Source of the DNA: an uncultured Psychromonas sp. | Lineage (GTDB): Bacteria > Pseudomonadota > Gammaproteobacteria > Enterobacterales > Psychromonadaceae | Reading direction: 5' to 3' | Assembly: GCA_963682165.1 (NCBI GenBank) | Contig: OY821666.1 | Location: forward strand, 580,771 to 644,770 | DNA: 64,000 nt | Shown here: positions 1 through 10,922 of the stretch, piece after piece | Layout of the letters: each line of letters starts with the position of its first letter | How positions within the stretch are numbered: position 1 is the stretch's first letter | Translations under genes and position numbers: made by a program | The notes under the pieces: model-generated | Told to the model about the DNA's origin: nothing | The model's input: only the letters and a program-made list of their open reading frames with translations | Database searches by the model: none

Positions 1-2
1 CA

Positions 3-1400
3 ATGCTTCCGCCTATCCTTATTGCTTACCTTTATGGTGATGGTGGTGGGAATGATTTTCTGTCGGCATTTTTGGTAAGCCTACTGATTGGGTTTATGCT
101 TTGGCTGCCTAATCGCAATTCTAAAGTTGAATTAAAAGTGCGAGAAGGCTTTGTTATTGTTGTGCTTTTTTGGGTGACACTTGGCAGTGTGGGTGCTATT
201 CCGTTTTTAATGAGCTCAAATATAAACATGTCGCTGGCGTCTTCCTTTTTTGAATCATTTTCTGGATTAACGACAACCGGTGCAACCGTTATTGAAAATC
301 TAAATAACGTGCCAAAAGCTATTTTATTTTATCGACAAATGTTACAATGGTTTGGTGGAATGGGGATTATTGTTTTAGCCGTAGCGGTATTGCCTATGTT
401 AGGTATTGGTGGTATGCAGCTGTATCGCGCTGAAACACCAGGTCCTGTAAAAGATGCTAAAATGACGCCGAGAATTGCAGAAACAGCTAAGGCTCTTTGG
501 TATGTTTACTTATCGTTGACCATTGCATGTCTGTTGTCTTTTTGGCTTGGAGGAATGACTTTATTTGATGCTGTTTGTCATAGTTTCTCAACTGTTTCAA
601 TCGGTGGTTTTTCTACTTATAATGATAGCATAGGCCACTTTCATAGCCAGGCAATTGATTTTATTACTGTTGTTTTCTTACTAATATCAGGTATTAACTA
701 CACCTTGCATTTTTCCTCATTTTCGGCTAAAAAATTTAGCTTTAAGATCTATCAATCCGATCCTGAAGTGCGTGCTTTTCTGGGCATTCAATTTGTGTTA
801 ACTGTAATTTGCTTTGTAATGCTACTACATCACGATATGTACAACTCAGTAGAAGAATCTTTTTCTCACGCTTTATTTCAATCGGTCTCAATTTCAACAA
901 CTGCGGGGTTTACAACGACGTCTTTTTCACATTGGCCTTTATTTCTGCCTGTATTATTGATCAGTTCAAGTTTCATTGGCGGTTGTTCGGGCTCTACAGG
1001 TGGTGGTATAAAAGTTATTCGCATATTACTTTTAAGTTTGCAGGGAACTCGAGAGTTAAAGCGTTTAGTTCATCCCAATGGAATTTTTAAAATTAAATTA
1101 GGTAATAAAGCCATGCCAGATCGGATTGTAGAAGCTGTTTGGGGATTTTTTTCAACTTATGTGCTGGTATTTTGCGTGTGCGTGCTTGCATTATTGATGA
1201 CAGGTATGAATGAATTAAGTTCTTTTTCAGCAACCATTTCCATGCTTAATAATTTAGGTCCAGGTTTAGGGGCTGTCGCTGTACACTTCAATGAAGTAGG
1301 AGATGCGTCAAAATGGGTAATGATCATTACCATGCTGTTTGGGCGATTAGAAATATTTACATTGCTTGTTTTATTTACCCCTATTTTTTGGAAAAATTAA
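3..1400 (+). CDS. trkH: Trk system potassium uptake protein TrkH (5'-truncated by window edge)
   Basis: Multi-TM protein with FFESFSGLTTTGAT, QWFGGMGIIVLAVA and GGCSGSTGGGIK pore motifs; directly upstream of hemG as in typical gammaproteobacterial synteny. Confidence 0.95.
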   Translation: MLPPILIAYLYGDGGGNDFLSAFLVSLLIGFMLWLPNRNSKVELKVREGFVIVVLFWVTLGSVGAIPFLMSSNINMSLASSFFESFSGLTTTGATVIENLNNVPKAILFYRQMLQWFGGMGIIVLAVAVLPMLGIGGMQLYRAETPGPVKDAKMTPRIAETAKALWYVYLSLTIACLLSFWLGGMTLFDAVCHSFSTVSIGGFSTYNDSIGHFHSQAIDFITVVFLLISGINYTLHFSSFSAKKFSFKIYQSDPEVRAFLGIQFVLTVICFVMLLHHDMYNSVEESFSHALFQSVSISTTAGFTTTSFSHWPLFLPVLLISSSFIGGCSGSTGGGIKVIRILLLSLQGTRELKRLVHPNGIFKIKLGNKAMPDRIVEAVWGFFSTYVLVFCVCVLALLMTGMNELSSFSATISMLNNLGPGLGAVAVHFNEVGDASKWVMIITMLFGRLEIFTLLVLFTPIFWKN

Positions 1401-1922
1401 ATGTCATTAAAAACCCTTATTTTATATTCCACAGTGGAAGGTCAAACAGTCAAAATTATTAATTACATCAAGCGCTCAATGGAAGGCGACGTGGCGCTAT
1501 ATAATATTGACTTAAATCCCAGTATTGATTTTACCCAATTTGATAAAGTATTAATTGGCGGATCAATTCGCTATGGTAATTTTCGGACAAATTTAATTGA
1601 TTTTATTAATGCAAACAAAAAGCAACTTGATAGTTTACCAAATGCTTTTTTCCTGGTGTGCTTAACAGCACGGCAACTCGAAAAATCGGAGCCTAGCAAT
1701 AATGCATATATGCTTAAATTTGACAAATTATCGCAATGGCAACCACGATTAAAAGGCGTTTTTGCGGGGGCGCTTTTATATTCACGGTATAATTGGTGGC
1801 AAACGTTAATTATTCAGTTTATTATGAAAATAACAGGTGGAAGCAGCGATAAAAGCCAAGACATAGAGCTAACAAATTGGTCGAGAGTTGACACTTTTAC
1901 AAGTAAATTTCTCGCCTTATAG
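1401..1922 (+). CDS. hemG: Menaquinone-dependent protoporphyrinogen IX dehydrogenase (flavodoxin fold)
   Basis: N-terminal ILYSTVEGQT flavodoxin motif, IGGSIRYG, FAGALLYSRY and IMKITGG; follows trkH. Confidence 0.92.
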   Translation: MSLKTLILYSTVEGQTVKIINYIKRSMEGDVALYNIDLNPSIDFTQFDKVLIGGSIRYGNFRTNLIDFINANKKQLDSLPNAFFLVCLTARQLEKSEPSNNAYMLKFDKLSQWQPRLKGVFAGALLYSRYNWWQTLIIQFIMKITGGSSDKSQDIELTNWSRVDTFTSKFLAL

Positions 1923-1927
1923 GGAGG

Positions 1928-3364
1928 ATGGAAAATATGATTTTTAAATCTAGAATGCTGATTTCTATCTTATTGCTAATTTGCATTGGTTTTGTGGTTG
2001 CAGCGATTTCAAGCTTTGAAATTGCAAAAGAGAGCAGACTAAAAACGCTTACCGAACAAGAGCTTCCGTTAATACTTGATAACGCACACTCAAATATCGA
2101 AAAAACGTTATTAAAGCCACAAGTAATTGCTTCTATGATGGCCAATGATTCCTTTTTACGTAATTGGATTGCAAATGGGGCTAAAAATATTAAACAAATT
2201 AATGTCTACCTGAGTCATATAAAAAAAGAATATAGTTTATTTACAGTCTTTGTTGTTTTAGACAGCAATCATAAATATTTTAATGAGCATGGCATATTAA
2301 CCTCAATGAGCGACACATGGGAAACTAATAACTGGTATCTTAATCTTAAAAATAGCGCCAATGAGTCTGAAGCTAACTTAGCATATAATTCTGACAAACG
2401 TAAAACGATATTTTACATTAATAATAAAATAAAAAATGCACAAAATAAATTACTTGGGATCGTAGGGGTTGGCTTAGATATAAATAAAGTAGAAAGTATA
2501 CTAAAAAATTATTCTAACGAATATGGTAAAGATGCGTATTTGTTAAACGAAAAGGGTGAATTGCTTTTACCAGAGAAAGGAAGCAGTTACTTGGCTCATG
2601 AACAAGGAAATACGGCATTAAAACGTTTGGCTTTACAATTACGAGGAGGCAATAAAGAGCTTTTTACTTATTACACTGATGGCATAGAATATCTCGTTGC
2701 GATGCGTTATATCAAAAGTTTAAATCTAATTTTATGCATCGATATGCCCGTTAAAAAAGCCATTCGCCACATACGTGATTCGCTTATCATTACGGGCATT
2801 GTAGGCTGTGTTTTATTGTGTTGTATTCTGTATTTAATTTTAAAAATAATAAATATATATCAGTCAAAGTTAGAGGCTGCTGCATGGTATGATCAACTCA
2901 CTGGTCTTCTTAATCGCCGATTTTTTATTGAAAAGTACAGCAAAGAAGATGAGCGACATCTGCGTAGCCAGCGAGATATGATGCTATTGATGGCTGATAT
3001 TGATTATTTTAAGGAGGTAAATGATCGTTTAGGCCATGTTTGTGGCGATGCGGTGTTGGTGCGCTGTGCGCAAATACTGCATGACACAATGCGCTTAACT
3101 GATGTGGTTTCACGGTGGGGTGGCGAAGAATTTATGTTATTATTGCCTGAAACGTCGTTAAAAGAATCCCTCAAGGTTGCACAACGACTAAAAAACCTTA
3201 TCGAAAATGATGCATATTTAATTTCACTCACCAAAAGAAATATAACAATTAGTATTGGCTTACATATTTTTTGCCCAGGAGAAAGCATGGATTGGCATTT
3301 TGAAATGGTTGATAAAAATTTGTATAAAGCCAAAAAAGCTGGTCGAAATTGTATTATCTATTAA
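1928..3364 (+). CDS. Sensor-domain (Cache-like) diguanylate cyclase
   Basis: Two TM segments flank a periplasmic domain; DQLTGLLNRR, DIDYFKEVND and RWGGEEF motifs. Confidence 0.9.
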   Translation: MENMIFKSRMLISILLLICIGFVVAAISSFEIAKESRLKTLTEQELPLILDNAHSNIEKTLLKPQVIASMMANDSFLRNWIANGAKNIKQINVYLSHIKKEYSLFTVFVVLDSNHKYFNEHGILTSMSDTWETNNWYLNLKNSANESEANLAYNSDKRKTIFYINNKIKNAQNKLLGIVGVGLDINKVESILKNYSNEYGKDAYLLNEKGELLLPEKGSSYLAHEQGNTALKRLALQLRGGNKELFTYYTDGIEYLVAMRYIKSLNLILCIDMPVKKAIRHIRDSLIITGIVGCVLLCCILYLILKIINIYQSKLEAAAWYDQLTGLLNRRFFIEKYSKEDERHLRSQRDMMLLMADIDYFKEVNDRLGHVCGDAVLVRCAQILHDTMRLTDVVSRWGGEEFMLLLPETSLKESLKVAQRLKNLIENDAYLISLTKRNITISIGLHIFCPGESMDWHFEMVDKNLYKAKKAGRNCIIY

Positions 3365-3591
3365 CCAGAGTATTTTCAACTAAAAGCATTGCTATAAAAG
3401 GGCGGCCAGTAGTAGTTTCGCCACTTATTTTGTTAATGAAAGCCGCACATAATTTTAGCCGCTCTCAAAGAGTTTGATGGCTCACTGATGATTTATAGCC
3501 ATGATCATTGCAAATGCAACGGCGCATGGGTATAAAATGGTAGCTACTGAGTAGTAACAAAAAGTTAAAAACTTCAATTAATGAGGGAACA

Positions 3592-4746
3592 ATGAATAAA
3601 TTACTCATAAAGAATGCAAGTGTTGTGACTAATGATGCCGTTTTAGCAAGTACCAGCGTGCTTGCCTGCGATGGAAAAATTAAGCAGATTTCTGCACATA
3701 TTGAATGTACAGAAGCAACTGTGATTGATGCACAAGGCAAGGTGTTATTACCTGGTTTTATTGATGTGCATACACACGGTGGCGTCGGGGTTGATTTTAT
3801 GAATGGTGATGCGCTTGGTAATGTAAAAGTTGCTACGTTTTTTGCAAGTAAAGGAACCACCTCTTTTCTGGCGACAACGTTAACAAGCTCAAAAGAAAAT
3901 CTTATTAACGCACTAAAAGCTGTCGGTGAAGCACAAGATATAGATAATAAAGGTGCTGAAATTATTGGCGTACATATGGAAGGGCCGTTTTTCAATAGCG
4001 ATTATAAAGGTGCACAGAACCCAGATTTTATTAGTAACCCTTCGATTGACGATATCAAAGATTATATTGCAGTTAAACCTAATTTAATAAAAATGATGTC
4101 GCTTGCGCCTGAAAAAGAAGGGGCATTGGAGGCCATCGAGTACATGACAAATCATGGTATTATTTGTTCTGCTGGTCACTCTGGCGCAACATATTGCCAA
4201 GTTTGCGCGGCGGTTAAAAAAGGCCTAACACATGCCACACATACTTTTAACGGTATGTCACCATTGCATCATCGTGAACCTGGCATGGTGGGTGCTATCA
4301 TGTTAGAAGATAAAGTATATGCAGAAGCTATTTTTGATGCTATTCATTTAAATCCTAAAATTGTAGAGCTATTGATCAAGGTAAAAGGAGTTGATAGAGT
4401 TATTTTAATTACCGATTCAATGCAAGCGGTCGGGCTTGAAGATGGTTTTTATGATTTAGGGGGACTTGAAGTTGAGGTTAAAGATAGCGCTGCCAGGTTA
4501 CTTGATGGTACGTTAGCAGGAAGTTGTTTAACAATGGAAAAAGCACTGCAAAACAGCGTTAAATACCTTGAATTGCCACTATGGGATATTGCAAAATTAA
4601 TGAGTCGTAACGCAGCAACCGAATTAGGCATCAACAAAGGCGAAATTAAAGTAGGTTTCGATGCGGACATGGTATTAATAGACAACAAGTTTTCAATCAC
4701 AAATAGCATTGTTGCAGGTATTGAAGTTTATCACCATGTGGCGTAA
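3592..4746 (+). CDS. nagA: N-acetylglucosamine-6-phosphate deacetylase
   Basis: PGFIDVHTHG, HMEGPF, HTFNGM, DAIH, LITDSM and LAGS motifs. Confidence 0.93.
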   Translation: MNKLLIKNASVVTNDAVLASTSVLACDGKIKQISAHIECTEATVIDAQGKVLLPGFIDVHTHGGVGVDFMNGDALGNVKVATFFASKGTTSFLATTLTSSKENLINALKAVGEAQDIDNKGAEIIGVHMEGPFFNSDYKGAQNPDFISNPSIDDIKDYIAVKPNLIKMMSLAPEKEGALEAIEYMTNHGIICSAGHSGATYCQVCAAVKKGLTHATHTFNGMSPLHHREPGMVGAIMLEDKVYAEAIFDAIHLNPKIVELLIKVKGVDRVILITDSMQAVGLEDGFYDLGGLEVEVKDSAARLLDGTLAGSCLTMEKALQNSVKYLELPLWDIAKLMSRNAATELGINKGEIKVGFDADMVLIDNKFSITNSIVAGIEVYHHVA

Positions 4747-4867
4747 AAATGAAACGTAGCTAGATAAACTGTGCTGACTTCAGCTCAAAGATTATGGGTA
4801 TATACCCCATCTATTTCATGATTCGCGCATAACGCTACCCCTAAAAAAACACCTAAATAAGATAAAT

Positions 4868-7639
4868 TTAAGCCAGGTATTCTTTTGACTCTCGCTCAAT
4901 ATTACCTAGCTCATCGAGCAACTCTAGCAACTCTGGTTCAAGTTCTTTTGCCTCTATACCTTGTTTTAATTCTTTCTCTATCAGGGCTACTATTTTCTTT
5001 AATTTTGGCACTCCACTATAACAACACCCACCATGCAGCCGGTGAATGAGTGCTTGAAATTTGTCTTGAGGCATTTCATCTTTTAATATTAAGTTAATTG
5101 ATGCTCTTATTTCTGTAAATTCATTCAATAACATAGTTATCATGTCTTGTGTTAAATCTGCTTTTCCTGCGGATTGTTTTAGGGCAAGTTTCCAATCAAA
5201 AGAACACAATGCATTGCCTTGTGGAATATCAATTTGAGCTGGGCGCTCCAACTTGTTGCGCTGCTGAGCATCTTTTGTCCAGATATTAATGATGTTTTCA
5301 AGTGCGGTTTCATCTATTGGTTTTGCAAGACAGTCATTCATGCCTTTTTGTAAATATGCATATTTTTCATCTGGGAAAATATGCGCGGTTACGGCGATAA
5401 TTGGGGTGTTAGCATTCATTTTGTCATTTTTAATTTGCCTAGTAGCGTTGATACCATCTAAAATTGGCATTTGAATATCCATAAAAATAATATCAAAATG
5501 CTGTTTTTTTGCACACTCTACGGCCTCTTGCCCATTAACACATGTTGATATGTGCGTCACGCAATCTAAAAGCATCGCGGATATTAGCTTTAAATTTGCA
5601 GGGTTATCATCAACAGCCAGCACGCTAATGTTTTTTTGCTGGCTGTTAGGTGTTATTTTTAGCGGAATATTGGGCTGTATTTGTATATTTGACAGTAACG
5701 CATCGGCAATGTTGTTGTGGCTAAGTGGTTTCCTTAGACAGTGTGAAACTCCAGTTTTTTTGATTTTATCATAGTCAATAGGGTCACTTGAGTTTAGCAA
5801 TACGATAACGTTATTGGTAAATTGTTGAGCTAAACTAATATATTCGTGTAACGCCGTTAAATCATTACAGTGGCTATAACCGATAATAATGCTGTTATAA
5901 TTTTTATTTAAATATTCTTTAAGTTGCGGCTTTGTTTTGGCTAATGTTAAGTTCATTTCCCATTGCTCTAATAATTGAGCGCATGCGTTTATTGCAAATT
6001 GATCCGCATCAAAAAGTAACACAGATTTATTTTTTAACGTATCAGTTACACGCTGTTTAAGTAAGTTGTGGGTATTTTTTTCAATATTGATTGTAAATGA
6101 GAAAATTGAGCCTTGGTTTATTTTTGAACTAATACTGATCGTGCCACCCATTTCGGCAACCAGTTTTTGTATGATAACTAAGCCTAAGCCTGTGCCACCA
6201 TATTGACGAGTTATGCTGCTATCCGCTTGACCAAACGGTTTGAATAATTGCACCTGTTGCTCCTCTGAAATACCAATACCAGTGTCTGAAATCATAATTT
6301 TTAAAGTAGTCATGTTTTCTGATTGCTGAGGAGGTTTTGTGCATTGCACTTTAACTTCTATATTACCTTGCGGCGTGAATTTGATGGCATTACCAATGAG
6401 ATTTGTCATTATTTGTTGTAAGCGCATTGCATCACCAATGACATTTTGTGGCACTGCTGGATCAAACATCATACTCAATTCTAAGTTTTTTTCGTGCGCA
6501 CTAGGGGCAAGTAAAAGCATTGTTTCATCAATGCTATCTCTGAGATTAAAGGGAATGCTTTCAAGTTTTAATTTGCCTGCTTCGAGTTTTGAAAAATCCA
6601 AAATATCGTTAATAATGACTAATAAATTACCAGCTGACCGCTCGATAGTTTGCAAATAATCAACCTGACCTGGGCTCATTTGCGTTTTCAACAGTTGGCG
6701 AGTAAAACCGATCACCCCATTTAACGGAGTGCGTAATTCATGGCTCATATTTGCAAGAAATTCTGATTTTACCGTACTCGCTTGCTGTGCTTCTTTGCGG
6801 GTTATATCAATTTCAATATTCTGAATTTCCATTTGATCAAGTGTTTCTCGTAATTCACTTGTCGCAAGGTCAATACTATCTTGCATTTCTCCGTGATGCT
6901 TTGACATTGCAATCGCCATTTGATTAATGCCATTTTTTAATAGCTGAAGTTCACCGTGATATTCGCCATGAACACGAGAATTAAGTTTCCCGAGACTAAT
7001 TTTTTCAACAATTTTTGCCATTTGTGAAATAGGCTCGGTGATGCGTTGAGCTTGTTTTAGTGCCAAAAACAGGCTAGCTAAAATACCAAAGAAAACAATT
7101 AGCAGTGAAACACTGACATCGCGATATAATAATAGCTCCACCGGATGAGGGGATATCTCTAGCGTGACATAGCCAATAATTTTATGTGGGGAATCAAAAT
7201 TGAGTTTGTATTGTGAAAAATTATTTTCGCTGGTAATGGGACTATAAATAATAATCTCATCTTTAAACTTGCGTATTTGTGTTACATCCGAGATAGGTTT
7301 ATCACCACTTAATTTTAAGCGGTGGAAACCACTGTGATAATTACTGGTCACAAATAATTTATTATTCGCATCGAAAATGGCGATGCTTTTAATCATTTCA
7401 CTATTTTTTCGATGTGTTGAACTGATTAAACGCCTAAGTATCTCTCTTGTGTCATCATGCATCCCATATTCACTGGCAATTGCAAGTGGCTCTGAAATGT
7501 TAATTGCTTTGTTAATGAAGGAGGTATTAGCTTCTTGATAGCGGTTATATAAAAAATAGCTCGCAAGTAATCCTCCGATAAAAATAGTTGGTAATAAAGT
7601 GTAAGTAATAACTTGTGAGCGTAATCCATATTTTGCCAT
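4868..7639 (-). CDS. barA: Hybrid sensor histidine kinase BarA/GacS
   Basis: HAMP domain, FLANMSHELRTPLNG H-box, HATPase, receiver (DIQMP) and Hpt (HRLHGGCCYSGVP); divergent from rlmD. Confidence 0.93.
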   Translation of the reverse strand: MAKYGLRSQVITYTLLPTIFIGGLLASYFLYNRYQEANTSFINKAINISEPLAIASEYGMHDDTREILRRLISSTHRKNSEMIKSIAIFDANNKLFVTSNYHSGFHRLKLSGDKPISDVTQIRKFKDEIIIYSPITSENNFSQYKLNFDSPHKIIGYVTLEISPHPVELLLYRDVSVSLLIVFFGILASLFLALKQAQRITEPISQMAKIVEKISLGKLNSRVHGEYHGELQLLKNGINQMAIAMSKHHGEMQDSIDLATSELRETLDQMEIQNIEIDITRKEAQQASTVKSEFLANMSHELRTPLNGVIGFTRQLLKTQMSPGQVDYLQTIERSAGNLLVIINDILDFSKLEAGKLKLESIPFNLRDSIDETMLLLAPSAHEKNLELSMMFDPAVPQNVIGDAMRLQQIMTNLIGNAIKFTPQGNIEVKVQCTKPPQQSENMTTLKIMISDTGIGISEEQQVQLFKPFGQADSSITRQYGGTGLGLVIIQKLVAEMGGTISISSKINQGSIFSFTINIEKNTHNLLKQRVTDTLKNKSVLLFDADQFAINACAQLLEQWEMNLTLAKTKPQLKEYLNKNYNSIIIGYSHCNDLTALHEYISLAQQFTNNVIVLLNSSDPIDYDKIKKTGVSHCLRKPLSHNNIADALLSNIQIQPNIPLKITPNSQQKNISVLAVDDNPANLKLISAMLLDCVTHISTCVNGQEAVECAKKQHFDIIFMDIQMPILDGINATRQIKNDKMNANTPIIAVTAHIFPDEKYAYLQKGMNDCLAKPIDETALENIINIWTKDAQQRNKLERPAQIDIPQGNALCSFDWKLALKQSAGKADLTQDMITMLLNEFTEIRASINLILKDEMPQDKFQALIHRLHGGCCYSGVPKLKKIVALIEKELKQGIEAKELEPELLELLDELGNIERESKEYLA

Positions 7640-7776
7640 AATTTTATAATTTGCGGAATGTGCCTACCTTTGATTAATAAATGAAGGAATGTTTCCCTTG
7701 CTGATTTAACAGTTTAACGTAACATGGGCACAAATAGAAGTTATAACCTCATAGCTTCACCGCTTAGTGAATAGTT

Positions 7777-9114
7777 ATGGCTCAGTTCTTTAAAATAAAA
7801 CAAGTAAATTCATTAAAAAATAAAATTTTAAAAAACATTTTGATTGAAAAATCTGATCATCAAGGGCAAGGCATTGCTATTTTTGAAAATAAACCTTTAT
7901 TTATTAGAAGGGGATTGGAAGGTGAAAAACTAGATATTCAAATAACAGAAAGTAAACAGCGCTTTAGTAAAGGTATTATTAAACATATTTTAAAAGTCTC
8001 GCCATTTAGGATTAAGCCTCAATGTGTGCATTATGATGAATGTGGAGGCTGCGATTTTCAACATTGTGATAGCATGACGGAGCGAAATATAAAAGAAACA
8101 GGCCTACAGGATTTATGTAAGCGTTTCGCAAAACTTGATCAAGTAAATATCGTCAATGCACTATTTGATTCTGAATGGGGATACCGCAGGACTGCGCGGT
8201 TTGGATTGCAGTTTAACCGCAAAACAAACAGATTAGACATGGGCTTTCGCCAAAAAGGGTCGAATACATTAATTAATCAACAGGTATGTCCTGTACTAAT
8301 AGCTGAACTTGAAGTATTAATAAAGCCGCTAAAAAAATTATTAAATGGCTTGCCAAGTAAAGCTAAACTTGGCCATGTAAAACTGCTTTTTGCAGATGAG
8401 GGAGCGATTGTTTTATTGCGCCATTTACACAGGTTAACAGGTGAAGATATTGTATTAATTAATGAGTTTTCAGAACAAAACCGCTTAAACTTTTATGCTC
8501 AACCTAATAATGGGTCAATCTATCGCATCTTTGGTGCAAATAATCTTACTTATAAATTACCAGCGTGGCATTGCCAATTTAATTTTAAGCCGACTGATTT
8601 TTTACAAATTAATGAAAAAGTTAACCAAAAAATGGTCGAACAGGCAATTAATTGGTTAACCCTAGATGAAAATGATCATGTGTTGGATTTGTTTTGTGGT
8701 TTAGGTAATTTCACCTTGCCTATTGCGCGGATTGCAAAGCAAGTTGTCGGCATTGAAGGAGTACAAGCAATGGTTGATCGCGCAGCTGAAAATTCACAAC
8801 TAAATAACATTGAAAATGCTTCTTTTTATCAAGCTGATTTAAATACAAAAAAATTAATGACATCTGATTGGGCCAAGCAATCGTTTAATAAGATATTGCT
8901 CGACCCTAGTCGCGGTGGTGCTTTGGAATGTATGAATTTTATAATTAATCTCAAGCCGGCGCGTATTGTTTATGTGTCTTGCGATCCGGTCACGCTTGCC
9001 AGAGATAGCAAGCAGTTATTAGACGCAGGTTATCATTTAGACAAATTAGGCTTATTAGATATGTTTCCTCAAACAAGTCACACAGAATCTATGGCCTTGT
9101 TTATACCCATGTGA
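7777..9114 (+). CDS. rlmD: 23S rRNA m5U1939 methyltransferase; last codons overlap a MITE end
   Basis: TRAM domain, Fe-S motif CVHYDECGGC, LDLFCGLGNF, DPSRGG, YVSCDP and DMFPQTSHTES. Confidence 0.95.
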   Translation: MAQFFKIKQVNSLKNKILKNILIEKSDHQGQGIAIFENKPLFIRRGLEGEKLDIQITESKQRFSKGIIKHILKVSPFRIKPQCVHYDECGGCDFQHCDSMTERNIKETGLQDLCKRFAKLDQVNIVNALFDSEWGYRRTARFGLQFNRKTNRLDMGFRQKGSNTLINQQVCPVLIAELEVLIKPLKKLLNGLPSKAKLGHVKLLFADEGAIVLLRHLHRLTGEDIVLINEFSEQNRLNFYAQPNNGSIYRIFGANNLTYKLPAWHCQFNFKPTDFLQINEKVNQKMVEQAINWLTLDENDHVLDLFCGLGNFTLPIARIAKQVVGIEGVQAMVDRAAENSQLNNIENASFYQADLNTKKLMTSDWAKQSFNKILLDPSRGGALECMNFIINLKPARIVYVSCDPVTLARDSKQLLDAGYHLDKLGLLDMFPQTSHTESMALFIPM

Positions 9115-9377
9115 CGATCAAAATGCAACGTCGGCATGGACTCGATGATCGATGATAAGGCGCAACATGAGGTAATGGTTGTTATCGCATCGAATATAGA
9201 GCGCAAGGAGGCTTCCTTTCATATAAAAAACGAGTTCGCGGATCGAAGTGCGCTACTCCTTGGACCACTTTGCAGCGTTATAAAATCTCCCACGATAACA
9301 ACTATACTTCAATTTTAGGCCAGGTGTAGCGGCCAATTTGCTACTCTGATATTGCATTTCGGGGTAGCATGGGTATA
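9102..9377. mobile_element. TATACCCATG-ended MITE (about 275 bp), ERIC-like termini
   Basis: Terminal inverted repeats TATACCCATG...CATGGGTATA; internal sequence shared with copies at 40223, 43334, 49801, 54094 and 55692. Confidence 0.85.
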
Positions 9378-9532
9378 TACCCATGTTCAAATAATAGCGC
9401 ACTTTCTTTTAAAGGATTTTCCGATTAAACTGTTCGCTTAAATGAGCAACCTTTTTTAAGGGATGAATGTCTTTATTAAAGCAATGCTAAAACGCATAAT
9501 CGTTCGAAATTACATAATTTAAAGGTAAAAAA

Positions 9533-10360
9533 ATGAATATAGATCCCGTTATTAATGCCCTAAACACTATTGGTGAACGCTGGGAAGGGTTTAAACCAAA
9601 GGCTGCTTTTATTTTAGGCTCAGGGCTTGGTGTACTTGCTGATGAGCTGGACAATAAAATTGTTATTGCCTTTGCTGAGCTAGATGGTTTTCCTGTGAGT
9701 ACTGTTGAGGGCCATTCTGGTGAGCTTGTTTTAGGCACAATGAATGGTGTTGAAGTTGTCTGCATGAAAGGACGTGGGCATTATTATGAGCACGGTACGA
9801 TGAAAGTGATGACTTCAGCGGTGAGAACATTTAAAAAGCTAGGTTGTGAGTTTTTACTGGTCACGAATGCTGCGGGCTCACTTCGCCCAGAGCGTATTGA
9901 TGTAGGTTCATTGGTTGTATTTAACGATCATATTAACACTATGCCAGAGTCGCCGATGATTGGAAAAAATGATGAAGAATATGGTCCTCGATTCTTTAGT
10001 CTTGCGAATGCGTACGATAAAAAGCTTCGAGCTGAAGCATTCGATGTGGCGCGCCTGAATGATATTCACCTTAATGAAGGTGTATTTGTAGCATATACCG
10101 GGCCTAATTTTGAGACCGCAGCAGAAATTAGAATGATGCAGGTTATCGGTGGTGATGTTGTTGGCATGTCTGTTGTCCCTGAGGTGATTGCGGCCGCCCA
10201 TTGTAGTTTGCCTGTTTTGTCTATTTGTGCGATTACAAATATGGCTGAGGGCTTGGGAGATATTGAACTTTCTCATGCCCAAACACTAATGTGCGCTAAA
10301 TTAGCGGAAGATGATTTCATTGCTTTTATCAAAGCTTTTATGAATAATCATTTCGGATAA
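9533..10360 (+). CDS. xapA: Purine nucleoside phosphorylase (xanthosine phosphorylase type)
   Basis: ILGSGLG, VEGHSG, KGRGHYYE, TNAAGSL, GPNFETAAE and VGMSVVPEV; recognisably close to E. coli XapA. Confidence 0.85.
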   Translation: MNIDPVINALNTIGERWEGFKPKAAFILGSGLGVLADELDNKIVIAFAELDGFPVSTVEGHSGELVLGTMNGVEVVCMKGRGHYYEHGTMKVMTSAVRTFKKLGCEFLLVTNAAGSLRPERIDVGSLVVFNDHINTMPESPMIGKNDEEYGPRFFSLANAYDKKLRAEAFDVARLNDIHLNEGVFVAYTGPNFETAAEIRMMQVIGGDVVGMSVVPEVIAAAHCSLPVLSICAITNMAEGLGDIELSHAQTLMCAKLAEDDFIAFIKAFMNNHFG

Positions 10361-10433
10361 AGTATGGGAATAGAACTTGAGCATGTCCAAAGATAGTATA
10401 AAATAATTGTCTTGACTTTTTGGGTAGCTATTC

Positions 10434-10465
10434 TCTCATTCCGACTCTGGAGCATGGGAACGAGA
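10434..10465. repeat. Degenerate REP palindrome (RAYT-associated type)
   Basis: tctcattccgactctggagcatgggaacgaga resembles the REP copies at 12154, 15687, 26933 and 29666. Confidence 0.6.
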
Positions 10466-10588
10466 AAAATATTTTTGTTACCGCAATATACCATTTTGGA
10501 TGCACGCCGCTTAGGTTAGTCATTTTATTTTTTCTAAATACGATGCCGAATCAAGAATGTAAGCCTCTGATTCTCGCTTCAATACGAC

Positions 10589-10810
10589 CTAGTGGCAATA
10601 AGATTTACCTGCTGCTATGTGATACTTAATTGCCAGCAGTGCCAAATTGGGCAACTCATTCCATGATTTGAAAGGTATCTCTTTAGCAGGGGTAGTAAAC
10701 TCATATTCACCAAGCAGCTTACAAACATATTTTGTATCAGAATAAAGCGATTCATCTTTAGCAAAAATACCGATAGAATTAGCTTTACCATTTACTTCTG
10801 CGTATGACAA
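10589..10810 (-). pseudogene. Fragment of a degraded cassette gene, function unknown
   Basis: Short ORF downstream of core site GTTATAC (10889-10895); flanking frames are interrupted by stops. Confidence 0.4.
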
Positions 10811-10888
10811 TCCAACGATATCAGCGACTCAAGCAATACCGCATCCTGTTTTTTTTTGGATAATTACGATCATAAGTAGTTCAAAAAA

Positions 10889-10910
10889 GTATAACAGCAT
10901 TATTATGTGT
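10889..10910 (-). repeat. Collapsed attC (R'' fused directly to the L'-R' end of the long attC family)
   Basis: Minus strand ACACATAAT-AATGCT-GTTATAC. ACACATA is complementary to the RelA cassette core G(T/C)CATGTGT at 12001-12009; the right part matches the long-attC end CTAAT-AATACT-GTT. Confidence 0.6.
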
Positions 10911-10922
10911 TTTAACGACATT

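Noticed and set aside
3004-7629. Antisense or overlapping ORFs (e.g. 3004-3333, 3465-3995, 6339-6659, 14752-15198, 28304-28684, 51017-51391)
   Set aside because: Shadow frames of well-supported genes with no recognisable motifs
9136-9318. Small ORFs inside MITEs (also 43243-43597 and 54178-54378)
   Set aside because: They lie wholly within repeated non-coding elements, with inconsistent frames between copies
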